Source: Acidilobaceae archaeon
GTDB lineage: Archaea > Thermoproteota > Thermoprotei_A > Sulfolobales > Acidilobaceae
Direction: 5' to 3'
Assembly (NCBI GenBank): GCA_038824665.1
Contig: JAWBBK010000001.1
Span: forward strand, 32,001-96,000
Length of the DNA stretch: 64,000 nt
Position numbers and translations under genes: made by a program. The number at the start of each line of letters is the position of its first letter. Positions within the stretch are counted from its first letter, which is position 1. The notes beneath the pieces are model-generated. The model did not search any database. It was given only the letters and a program-made list of their open reading frames with translations, and was not told the origin of the DNA. This document shows positions 56,145-64,000 of the stretch, piece by piece.

Positions 56145-56707
56145 GCGGAAACTCAACGACAAATAGTCTCAAGCTTATTGAAGAGTTCGCCATGAGGATC
56201 TCTGAGAACAATGGAATAGACCCAGCTTTAGCTCTTAATGTCTTCAGGCTTATAGTAGTTCACAGCGAAAAAGGCGGTTTGAGCGATAACGAAATCGAAG
56301 AGCTAAGCGGACTAAGACAGATAGAAGTCCGTAAAGTCCTCAGAGTGCTTTATGAAGCAAGACTTATAGAGATGAAGAAAGAAAGAGACGCTAAGCAGGA
56401 CATTGTGAAGTACACTTGGTATATAGACAGCGACGTTCTCAACTTCAACCTGCTAAAAAGGAAGAAGCTCACACTAGAAAAGCTCAAAGAAAGATTAGGA
56501 AGCGAGAAGAAAAACGAATGGTATGAGTGTCCTAGCGAGGGAATCAGGTTCTCGCTTCATGAAGCTTTCGAAGTCGACTTTGTGTGTCCTCGTTGTGGCT
56601 CTCCTTTAGAGATGTCTAAAGGCGACTGTATTGAGAAGCTGTCCAAACACATAGCTGTTCTAGAAGAGGAGATAGCTGAAGATGAGAAGAACCTTTTCGC
56701 TAATTGA
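56141..56707 (+). CDS. tfe: Transcription factor E (TFE alpha)
   Basis: wHTH VRK.L..LYE; C....RFS..EAFE.DF.CPRCG. Confidence 0.9.
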   Translation: MSGNSTTNSLKLIEEFAMRISENNGIDPALALNVFRLIVVHSEKGGLSDNEIEELSGLRQIEVRKVLRVLYEARLIEMKKERDAKQDIVKYTWYIDSDVLNFNLLKRKKLTLEKLKERLGSEKKNEWYECPSEGIRFSLHEAFEVDFVCPRCGSPLEMSKGDCIEKLSKHIAVLEEEIAEDEKNLFAN

Positions 56708-57653
56708 TGTGTTTGGAGGTGGAGGAGGCTACAGCAGAGGTTTTGTAGAAGCAGGCTTCAAGGTTCTAGCTGCAATAGAGAACAACCCTCCTGTAGCTAA
56801 AACCTATAAAGCCAACTTTCCTGAAGCTTTGGTAATAGCTGAAGACGTAAAAGAGGTCGGTTATCCTCTTCTTAAAAGCCTTTTAGGCATTTCGCGAAGC
56901 GATGTAGAGGTCGTGATAGCGAGTCCGCCTTGTGAACCCTTTACAGAAGCCAATCCAAAAAGGATGAAAGACCCTCTCGACAGGCTTTACGTAGACCCCG
57001 CAGGACAACTCTTTTTGCATGCTATCAGAATAATAGGAGACCTACAACCTAAGGTCTTCGTTATAGAGAACGTGAGAGGGATCTTAGAGCCTCCTATAGC
57101 TAAGAGCATAAAGAGAGAACTCGAAAGAGCAGGCTATCCTCGAGTTTACTTCAACGTGTTGAAAGCAGAAGAACACGGCTGTCCTAGCGCGAGAACTAGA
57201 GTCTTCGTGTCCAACATAAAGATAGATCCTCCCAAGAAGCCAGGACCTTCAGTATGGGAGGTGCTCAAAGACTTGCCTCCACCAGGTTCTAGCTACCCTC
57301 CTAATCATGAGTATCCTCAAGAACTCTCTAAAAGAATGAAGGCTAGAGTTTCGAAGTTAAGATGGGGAGAGGCCTTGCTCTTCTTTGAAGGAGCCACTCG
57401 AAGACATCCTAACTACGTGAGGTTGGACCCAGAAAAGAGAGCTCCTACGGTTATGGGCTCTTCTAGATTCATTCACCCCTATGAGGATAGGTTGCTAACT
57501 GTGAGAGAGCAGGCGAGGCTTATGGGATTTCCTGACTACCATATCTTCTTGGGAAGCAAAGACCTGCAGTACGATATGGTTGGTGAAGCCGTTCCTCCGC
57601 CTTTAGCTAGAGCTATAGCCGAGTGTGTTATAAGAGTTCTATCGGAGAGCTAA
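56682..57653 (+). CDS. Orphan cytosine-C5 methyltransferase
   Basis: F.G.GG, SPPC, ENV, R.R, LTVREQARL.GFP, GEAVPP. Confidence 0.88.
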   Translation: MRRTFSLIDVFGGGGGYSRGFVEAGFKVLAAIENNPPVAKTYKANFPEALVIAEDVKEVGYPLLKSLLGISRSDVEVVIASPPCEPFTEANPKRMKDPLDRLYVDPAGQLFLHAIRIIGDLQPKVFVIENVRGILEPPIAKSIKRELERAGYPRVYFNVLKAEEHGCPSARTRVFVSNIKIDPPKKPGPSVWEVLKDLPPPGSSYPPNHEYPQELSKRMKARVSKLRWGEALLFFEGATRRHPNYVRLDPEKRAPTVMGSSRFIHPYEDRLLTVREQARLMGFPDYHIFLGSKDLQYDMVGEAVPPPLARAIAECVIRVLSES

Positions 57654-57739
57654 GGAAATCGTAGTCTTCTTAAGCCCGCTCCAACTGTACAACTCAACTC
57701 AATAAAGCTCCTTCTTGTCAAACGAAAGAGGAGTCTGCT

Positions 57740-58474
57740 TTGCTCACAAGAGAAGAACTCGAGCGTTACGATAGACAGATCCGGCTTTTTGGAGTCGAAG
57801 CTCAGGAGAAGCTGAAGAGATCGCGTGCTCTGATAGTAGGGCTTGGAGGTCTCGGGTCTCCTACCGCTATATACCTAGCCGCAGCCGGTGTAGGCGAACT
57901 CCTCTTAGTAGACTTCGAGAAAGTGGAGTTAAGCAATCTCAATAGACAACTCCTTCACTGGACCAAAGACTTAGGAAGACTAAAGACCGAATCAGCAGCT
58001 GAAAAGCTAAAAGAGATCAACCCTCACGTATCCGTTGAGGTCTTTAACGTCAGAGCTGATGAAGAGCTACTCGACGAACTGATCAGGAGAGCAGACGTAG
58101 CTCTTGATTGTGTAGACAACTGGGAGACCAGGTTCGCTCTCAATAGAGTCGCAGTAAGACATGGAAAGCCTTTTGTTCATGCAGGAGTTAGAGGAATGTG
58201 GGGACAGCTTTTAGTAGTGGTTCCAGGAAAGACTCCTTGTTTGAACTGTTTGATCCCCTTGCCTCCTCGAGAGGAAGCTAAGCTTCCTATGTTAGGCACC
58301 ACTTCTGGAGTCATGGCTGCTCTTCAGGCAACTGAAGCCATCAAGTTGCTAACCGGTTATGGGAGACCTGCTTTAAACAAGCTCGTAGTCTACGATGGCT
58401 TTTCGACTGAGTTCTCAGAGATCCCTGTGGTCAGAAATCCCAAATGTCCTATTTGTGGCTCCGAGAAGCGTTAA
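57740..58474 (+). CDS. ThiF/MoeB/E1-like adenylyltransferase
   Basis: RYDRQ, GLGGLG, SNLNRQ, PCLNC, CPIC. Confidence 0.93.
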   Translation: MLTREELERYDRQIRLFGVEAQEKLKRSRALIVGLGGLGSPTAIYLAAAGVGELLLVDFEKVELSNLNRQLLHWTKDLGRLKTESAAEKLKEINPHVSVEVFNVRADEELLDELIRRADVALDCVDNWETRFALNRVAVRHGKPFVHAGVRGMWGQLLVVVPGKTPCLNCLIPLPPREEAKLPMLGTTSGVMAALQATEAIKLLTGYGRPALNKLVVYDGFSTEFSEIPVVRNPKCPICGSEKR

Positions 58475-58510
58475 GTCTTCTCAATCAAGTAGAGAGCGTT
58501 GGGTGGACTT

Positions 58511-58984
58511 ATGGAACTCTTCCCGCTATTACATAACGTCAGTAGCGTTCAGAGACTTGTAGACACAGCGAGACTTGTCTATGGGCTAGGTCTTAAAGTC
58601 TTTGTTGCCACCAAAGTCTATGGAGCAGCTGCTCAGTCAGGAGTTCCTGAGATCATGAAAATAGCTATGAAAAGCGGAGGTAGTTTCTTCGTTCTCCAAG
58701 ACCTTCCAGACGCTTTTGAAGTCCTCAGACCCGATGTGGTTCTTCTGGTAAGCCGTAGCTACGCTCGCGAAGTCCTAGACGTTTTTAACCCCCCGGTTTA
58801 TGAAGGTAGAGTTCTCGTGGTCTTCAATGGAGGAGACCCTGATTTCGCAGTCAACGAGATAGCTCATGGAAAGCCTGTGTACATAAAAGGAGCTGAAGGA
58901 AAGCTCGGTCCCGTCGCTGAAGCAGCATTAATTTTATACTGTCTCCTTCATCGCAGAGATCGGGGAGAGCACTCAGTTGTCTGA
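58511..58984 (+). CDS. DUF2122-like (SPOUT-like) protein
   Basis: LHNVSSVQRL, KVYGAAAQSGVPE, GPVAEAA. Confidence 0.7.
   Translation: MELFPLLHNVSSVQRLVDTARLVYGLGLKVFVATKVYGAAAQSGVPEIMKIAMKSGGSFFVLQDLPDAFEVLRPDVVLLVSRSYAREVLDVFNPPVYEGRVLVVFNGGDPDFAVNEIAHGKPVYIKGAEGKLGPVAEAALILYCLLHRRDRGEHSVV
58785..58800 (-). repeat. whiP-flanking motif copy A (TTAACCCCCCGGTTTA)
   Basis: Reverse complement of copy B; lies inside a CDS. Confidence 0.85.
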
Positions 58985-60155
58985 ACTTCGTGAGGAGACA
59001 GTCAGAAGCCTTCTGGCTCAGCTAAGACGTTACTCAAGCGCTGCCTTCGATCTAGCTGTGTACTCTCTGGCTTTCAATGATAGTGTGGCAGCTCTCGAAG
59101 TGCTCTTGATAGAAGACGTAGTAGACAGTCTCACTAAAAGACTAGCGGAAAAGACCTTTCAGGCGTTTAGGCTTGGCGGCTCAGCTCGTATGAGTCATGG
59201 AATAGCTGGAGTCGCCTCAGCTCTAGATAGCATAAGCGACGCTTCTGGAGACCTAGCGACAGCCGTTTTAAGAGGTTATCCTCCACATCCCTACATCACA
59301 GCTACGACCTGTATGGGCGAAGCTGTGTTCCCTCTAAGAAGCAGAAGAGAAGTCTCCTGGCCTTTTTCAGCTGTTGTTGATGTGCTTCTCATAAAGAGAG
59401 GCGAGAAGTATCTCCTAGCTCCTGAAGTCTCTAGAGTAATGGAAGGCGACCTGTTAGTCGTCAGAGGGCCTATAGACGAGATAGAACAGCTTTCGAAAGA
59501 ATTGGGAGAACCTATAAATGTAGAGAAGTGTTCTCAAGAAGTAGCCCTTCTCTCTCGTGCTGGCGACAGACTTGCTGAAAGCGTAAGAAGCTTAAAGCTC
59601 TCTCTAGATGCCATGTTGGATATGGCCTTCTACGCTCTCATAGACGACGATATGGAGATAGCCTCTAGCGTTGTAGAACTCGAAGACCATGTAGACAAGC
59701 TCTACTACGAAGCTCTCGAAGGCATAGCTGAACACTCTTACTCATCTCCATCGAGAGAGGTCATCAGTCTGATAGTGTTTATCAAAAGCTTAGAAGAGAT
59801 AGGAGACGCTGCTCACAGACTAGCGCAAGTCGTTTTGAAGAGAGAAGTGTCTGAAGTGCTTGGAGAGGCTGTCGAGATGGGTGAAGAGGTCTATCTCAAA
59901 GTAGCGTACCCTAAGAGAGACCCTATAGAGCTCAGCAGACTAGACCTTGAAGACTTGGGCTTCGTTGTAGTAGCCGTCTATAAGAGGTCAGAAGACGATT
60001 GGATAGTCCCTCCGCGTTCCTCTATGAAATTAGAAGAAGGAGACCTTTTGCTATTAAAGTACTACAAAACTGAAGCCAGTGCAGAAAGACATCTCTTAAA
60101 GCGTTTAGAGGCTATGGGGTTACGTCCTTTAACCAAAACTCCGTCTCGTTCTTAG
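58977..60155 (+). CDS. PhoU/TrkA-C domain protein
   Basis: Two PhoU-like helical domains (DLA.Y...D; LE.IGDAA) alternating with TrkA-C domains. Confidence 0.8.
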   Translation: MSELREETVRSLLAQLRRYSSAAFDLAVYSLAFNDSVAALEVLLIEDVVDSLTKRLAEKTFQAFRLGGSARMSHGIAGVASALDSISDASGDLATAVLRGYPPHPYITATTCMGEAVFPLRSRREVSWPFSAVVDVLLIKRGEKYLLAPEVSRVMEGDLLVVRGPIDEIEQLSKELGEPINVEKCSQEVALLSRAGDRLAESVRSLKLSLDAMLDMAFYALIDDDMEIASSVVELEDHVDKLYYEALEGIAEHSYSSPSREVISLIVFIKSLEEIGDAAHRLAQVVLKREVSEVLGEAVEMGEEVYLKVAYPKRDPIELSRLDLEDLGFVVVAVYKRSEDDWIVPPRSSMKLEEGDLLLLKYYKTEASAERHLLKRLEAMGLRPLTKTPSRS

Positions 60156-60158
60156 CCT

Positions 60159-60177
60159 TAAACCGGGGGGTTAACGG
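60159..60177 (+). repeat. whiP-flanking motif copy B (TAAACCGGGGGGTTAACGG)
   Basis: 17-bp perfect inverted repeat with copy C. Confidence 0.9.
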
Positions 60178-60239
60178 TTAACTAGAGTAAGACCGGGGCT
60201 CTCCTAGCATAGATTCGATTAAGACATACTCTTTGGGCG

Positions 60240-61013
60240 GTGGCTCTGAGCACTGGAGAAAGAAAAGAGCGGTTCGCTGAAAGGACTACGGAAAGTCAAC
60301 AACACGAAAGAGCTGGACCGCGTAGCAGAATAGTAGATTCAATTTTCTTACTGCTTCTCTCTAGACCTATGAGGTCAGCTGAGATAGCTGAAGCTTTAGG
60401 GTTTAGCTCTAGATACGTCTCGAGCTATCTCTCTTATTGGAGAGCTAGAGGTTACGTAGAGTATAGCTCAGGGTTTTGGTATCTCACAGCTAAAGGAGAA
60501 GAGTACGCTAGGTCTGTGTATTTCAGAGAGTCGAAGAAGAGCTCTTCCGATGAGTACGTGCTTTTGGCTCAGAGAATCCTCTCGTCTAACGTAAAGCTGG
60601 CAATAAAAGACAAAGCTCAAACTCTTCGGTCTGGCTCTTCTGAACGACTTTTGCCGTTCACTGTCGAGCTAACGGAAAAAGCTGGCAATAAACTACAAGA
60701 TAGAGTTTCGACAGCTACATGTGTTCTTTCCAAACTGAAGAACCTTGTCAGTGATGACGAACTCGACGTCTTGGCTCATTTAGCTACTCACTATGCGAGA
60801 TGGGGAACCACATATATGTATCTTGATCAAATACAGGAGAGACTTGAAGCCGACTACTCTTGGCTTATGAGAGTTTTGAGGACTCTACAGAGCAAAGGAC
60901 TTCTTTATATATACACTGACCCTCGACTTGGGGTAAGAGTCGGCTTCTCGAAGAACTTGAAAGAGCTTTTAGAAAGATGTTCTAATGAAGGTCTAGAGTC
61001 GGCGAGGTCGTAA
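60240..61013 (+). CDS. whiP: Winged-helix replication initiator WhiP
   Basis: GPRS..V..I..LL.SRPM...EIA..LG....YVSSYLSYW...G.V....G.WYLT..GE; second wHTH with TY.Y.DQ. Confidence 0.8.
   Translation: MALSTGERKERFAERTTESQQHERAGPRSRIVDSIFLLLLSRPMRSAEIAEALGFSSRYVSSYLSYWRARGYVEYSSGFWYLTAKGEEYARSVYFRESKKSSSDEYVLLAQRILSSNVKLAIKDKAQTLRSGSSERLLPFTVELTEKAGNKLQDRVSTATCVLSKLKNLVSDDELDVLAHLATHYARWGTTYMYLDQIQERLEADYSWLMRVLRTLQSKGLLYIYTDPRLGVRVGFSKNLKELLERCSNEGLESARS
60593..60692 (+). repeat. 15-bp direct repeat AAAGCTGGCAATAAA x2 inside whiP, in different codon phases
   Basis: Copies at 60593-60607 and 60678-60692, offset 85 nt. Confidence 0.88.
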
Positions 61014-61192
61014 ATTATAAACTACTACCACTTAGCTCGAGTTAGCTCAAGTTCTGTTGAAGTTTGACTATCATAATGAAAAAGTTTGTATAATTGTGTT
61101 TTAGCGCCTATAGTACTACTAAGCCAGAAAGAAGAGACCCAGAGGTGGTAGTTTTAGAAGCACAGAGGTCTAGAAAGCCGTTAACCCCCCGG
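61014..61192. other. Putative WhiP-associated replication origin / AT-rich unwinding element
   Basis: AT-rich 180-bp gap between convergent genes next to whiP, bounded by motif copy C. Confidence 0.55.
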
Positions 61193-61200
61193 TTAAAGAC
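61178..61200 (-). repeat. whiP-flanking motif copy C (CCGTTAACCCCCCGGTTAAAGAC)
   Basis: 21-bp perfect inverted repeat with copy D; 17-bp with copy B. Confidence 0.9.
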
Positions 61201-61804
61201 ATAGCTCGAATACTGACACAAGCGCGTTGTAGGCTTTATCGAGTTCTCTGTTGTTCACTATAGCTACAAACATTAAGTCGCCTTCTGTGAAACATTTAGA
61301 GACTTTTCCGCCTATCTCGCTTTCAAGTTCAGGAGGAGAGCCAGGCATTAGAAATCTATCTCGAGCCCAGCTACCCACTATAGCTTTAGAACAACCTGCT
61401 GCGATGAAGAGGTCTCTAAAAGCCATAGCCTCTACGTCTTTAACCGGGGGGTTAACACAGGAAACAGCTATCGCTACAGCTTGTTCCCATGACTTGAAGC
61501 CCAGACTTGTCTCACAGACTCTTACCTTAGAGTTCAACCACTTGAGGAGCTCTTCTCCTTTCTCTGTGAGAACAGCTCCTCCTCTGCTTCTCATGATCAG
61601 CCCTCTTTCCTTCAATCTGGCTAAAAGGGTTTTCACAGAAGAGTCGCTAAGACCAAGCCTATAGGATATAGAGGGTCTACCCAAAGGCTCCTTTTTCAAC
61701 TCTTTGAGGAGAGCGTGGACATGATAGAGAGTGAAGGCAGGTCTGCCTCCTCTTTCAGGTTCTGTGAGACCTTTGAGGAGCTCAAGCAAGAGCCTGTTGC
61801 CCAT
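61193..61804 (-). CDS. wHTH protein (DUF4443/DUF2111-like)
   Basis: GG.PAF..YH, P.GR..IS..LGL...SVKTLL.RL...GL...G..LT.KG. Confidence 0.78.
   Translation of the reverse strand: MGNRLLLELLKGLTEPERGGRPAFTLYHVHALLKELKKEPLGRPSISYRLGLSDSSVKTLLARLKERGLIMRSRGGAVLTEKGEELLKWLNSKVRVCETSLGFKSWEQAVAIAVSCVNPPVKDVEAMAFRDLFIAAGCSKAIVGSWARDRFLMPGSPPELESEIGGKVSKCFTEGDLMFVAIVNNRELDKAYNALVSVFELCL
61436..61456 (+). repeat. whiP-flanking motif copy D (GTCTTTAACCGGGGGGTTAAC)
   Basis: Inside CDS; inverted relative to copy C. Confidence 0.9.
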
Positions 61805-61853
61805 TCATAGAGATAAGGCTAGTTGAGCTAATAAACGAGCTGGGGCTCAGCTA

Positions 61854-62141
61854 GTGAACTCTAGACGCGAGAGAGCGCTTAAGATAAAGAGGAAGCTTTA
61901 CGAGAAGCTCAGGAGTTCTTGCGACCTAAAAGAAGTAGTTGAATGGGCTTGGGAGGACTTCGGAGCCAGAGTGAAAAACTGGGACGACATCGAGAAGCTC
62001 GTAACCAGTAGCGAGGTCACTATAGGAGACATCGTAGCGTTTCTCTCAGAGCTCGGCATAGAGGTCACAGAAGAAGATTTAGACTTAACGGAGGAAGACC
62101 TAAGAGACGCTCTGAAAGCTTCTGAGGAAACAGGGAGGTAA
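61854..62141 (+). CDS. Hypothetical acidic protein
   Basis: Coding-like ORF in operon with argF. Confidence 0.7.
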   Translation: MNSRRERALKIKRKLYEKLRSSCDLKEVVEWAWEDFGARVKNWDDIEKLVTSSEVTIGDIVAFLSELGIEVTEEDLDLTEEDLRDALKASEETGR

Positions 62142-62144
62142 ACG

Positions 62145-63077
62145 GTGCTTAGAGGCAGACACCTTTTAGACCTAATAGACTATGAGCCAAAGGAGATCGA
62201 GGAGATCATAAAGAAAGGGCTTGAGTTCAAAGAAGCTTATCGTAGAGGTCAGAGAAGAGTTGAACTTCTTCAAGGAAGAACTATAGCTCTTCTTTTCGAG
62301 AAGCCCAGCACGAGGACTAGAGTGAGTTTAGAGGTTGCAGCCTATCAGCTTGGAGCTAAAACTCTCTATTTGAGGTGGGATGAGCTCCAGCTAGCGAGAG
62401 GAGAAACTCTAGCTGATACAGCTAGAACGCTCTCAAGATATGTAGACGGCATAGTGGCTAGAGTTAAGAGCCATAAGACGTTAGTAGAGCTAGCTAGACA
62501 CTCTACAGTCCCCGTGATCAACGGGTTGAGCGACCTCAGTCATCCGCTTCAAGCTCTAGGAGACATGATGACGATATTGGAGAAGAAAGGTAGACTCAAA
62601 AACGTGAAGCTCGTCTTCGTGGGAGACGGCTCTGACAACGTGCTGAACAGCCTGATAGTAGTTGGAGCTAAGCTAGGTCTTCATATAATCATTTCGTCAC
62701 CTCCTCAACTAAAGCCTGACCCCAATGCCTTGAGCGCAGCTCTAAGAGAAGCAGAGAGAACTGGAGCGACCATAGAGTTTGTAGAAGAGCCGAGAGAAGC
62801 AGTCAGAGGAGCTGATGTTGTTTACACAGACGTCTGGGTAAGCATGGGACAAGACGAGACGGCTGAGCTCAAAAGAAGCCTCTTGAGACCTTATCAAGTC
62901 AACGCGAAGCTTATGGAACTAGCTGGAAGTCAAGCTATCTTCATGCATTGTCTTCCAGCTAGAAGAGGTGAGGAGGTCACAGACGAAGTGATCGACGGTC
63001 CTCAAAGCGTAGTATGGGACCAAGCTGAGAACAGACTACACATCCAGAAAGCGGTCTTCTCTCTCCTGATACCTTGA
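62145..63077 (+). CDS. argF: Ornithine carbamoyltransferase
   Basis: [32 protein letters not shown]. Confidence 0.97.
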   Translation: MLRGRHLLDLIDYEPKEIEEIIKKGLEFKEAYRRGQRRVELLQGRTIALLFEKPSTRTRVSLEVAAYQLGAKTLYLRWDELQLARGETLADTARTLSRYVDGIVARVKSHKTLVELARHSTVPVINGLSDLSHPLQALGDMMTILEKKGRLKNVKLVFVGDGSDNVLNSLIVVGAKLGLHIIISSPPQLKPDPNALSAALREAERTGATIEFVEEPREAVRGADVVYTDVWVSMGQDETAELKRSLLRPYQVNAKLMELAGSQAIFMHCLPARRGEEVTDEVIDGPQSVVWDQAENRLHIQKAVFSLLIP

Positions 63078-63086
63078 GCCTCAAAC

Positions 63087-63170
63087 TCGATGAGAGCCTA
63101 AACGAGATGTCGGAAGAGACAGGTGAGGTGATGAACTCACCTAATATAAAAACCCATATCGAAGCTGACC
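63087..63170 (+). ncRNA. Candidate extended box C/D sRNA
   Basis: TCGATGA 63087; CGGA 63111; GTGATGA 63128 inside an AGGTGAG/CTCACCT hairpin; CTGA 63165. Confidence 0.5.
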
Positions 63171-63228
63171 CCTCTCAGTCTTTAAGCTTTAGATAACGAG
63201 TACTTCAGGATACCTGCGGGTAGCTGAG

Positions 63229-64000
63229 ATGAACAGCAAAGAGGAGGTTATTGACAAGCTGAAGGTAAGTAGAGAGGAGCTAGCGAAGATCGTGAAGGAA
63301 TTGAAAAACTGGCAGGCTCCCGCTACGGTTCTACTCAGCCTGTATGTGCCTCCAGGCAAGCCCATATCCGATGTGCTTCAACTCTTGAGACAGGAGTTTT
63401 CGATCACTGACAACATAAAGCTGAAGAGGACCAGACAAGCGGTTAAGAGAGCTCTTAGCGGAGCCATAGAAAGACTTCAAATGATTCCGAAGACTCCTCC
63501 CAACGGTTTGGTAGTCTTCTGTGGAGAGAACATGAATACAGGAGACTTCATCTGTCTCATCTTTTCTCCGCCAGAGAAAGTTCCAGTGTTTTATTATAGA
63601 ACGGAGAAGGAGTTCATACTCTCGTTCTTAGAAGACATGATTGAAGAGAAGGAGGCAGTAGGGATAATCATTGTAGAAAGAGACCAAGCTACTATAGGCT
63701 TGTTGAAAGGAGGCAAGATAGAAGTTCTCGAAGAGCTCGAAGGCTTCGTTCCTGGCAAACACGAAAAGGGAGGACAGAGCCAGAGGAGATACGAAAGGAT
63801 CATAGAGCAAATGGTAGACGACTTCTTTAAGAAGGTTGGAGAAGTAGCGAACAACAAATTCCTCCCGCTTCTTGAAAAGAACGTACTCAAAGCGGTGATA
63901 ATAGCGGGTCCAGGTTACGCAAAACAGGACTTCATCAAAGGAGGCTATCTGGACTATAGGTTAGCTCAGCTAGTCTCTAAAGAGCTAGTAGACGTAGCTT
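63229..64000 (+). CDS. prf1: Peptide chain release factor aRF1 (runs off window end)
   Basis: Manual translation: [36 protein letters not shown]. Confidence 0.96.
   Translation, partial: MNSKEEVIDKLKVSREELAKIVKELKNWQAPATVLLSLYVPPGKPISDVLQLLRQEFSITDNIKLKRTRQAVKRALSGAIERLQMIPKTPPNGLVVFCGENMNTGDFICLIFSPPEKVPVFYYRTEKEFILSFLEDMIEEKEAVGIIIVERDQATIGLLKGGKIEVLEELEGFVPGKHEKGGQSQRRYERIIEQMVDDFFKKVGEVANNKFLPLLEKNVLKAVIIAGPGYAKQDFIKGGYLDYRLAQLVSKELVDVA

Noticed and set aside
61180-61456. Shufflon-like swap of the wHTH gene's C-terminus via the 21-bp inverted repeat
   Set aside because: The inverted configuration gives only about 20 non-protein-like codons before a stop

Overview
64-kb core-genome segment of a hyperthermophilic crenarchaeon, probably Desulfurococcales/Acidilobales and Aeropyrum-like (catalytic-only ThrRS, Rpo8, Cren7-like protein, WhiP, mostly TTG/GTG starts). 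It is mostly housekeeping genes (translation, proteostasis, purine synthesis, tRNA modification). It also carries a type IV pilus set, two HerA/VirB4-like ATPases, XerA and a RecQ helicase. Non-coding RNAs: tRNA-Gly(TCC), intron-containing tRNA-Pro(GGG), one strong and one atypical H/ACA-like RNA, and C/D-box sRNAs. I saw no CRISPR array or IS element. Main hunt results: (1) a whiP-centred putative replication origin with two DNA motif families, namely four copies of AACCGGGGGGTTAA in alternating orientation and an out-of-frame 15-bp repeat inside whiP; (2) repeated apparent CTG/ACG/ATT initiation behind good SD sites, including the essential leuS and a gene missed by the ORF track; (3) a GMP synthase lacking the glutaminase nucleophile Cys; (4) leuS ending antisense inside tRNA-Pro; (5) a pilin followed by stacked in-frame stop codons. 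All calls come from reading motifs by eye; no searches were run.
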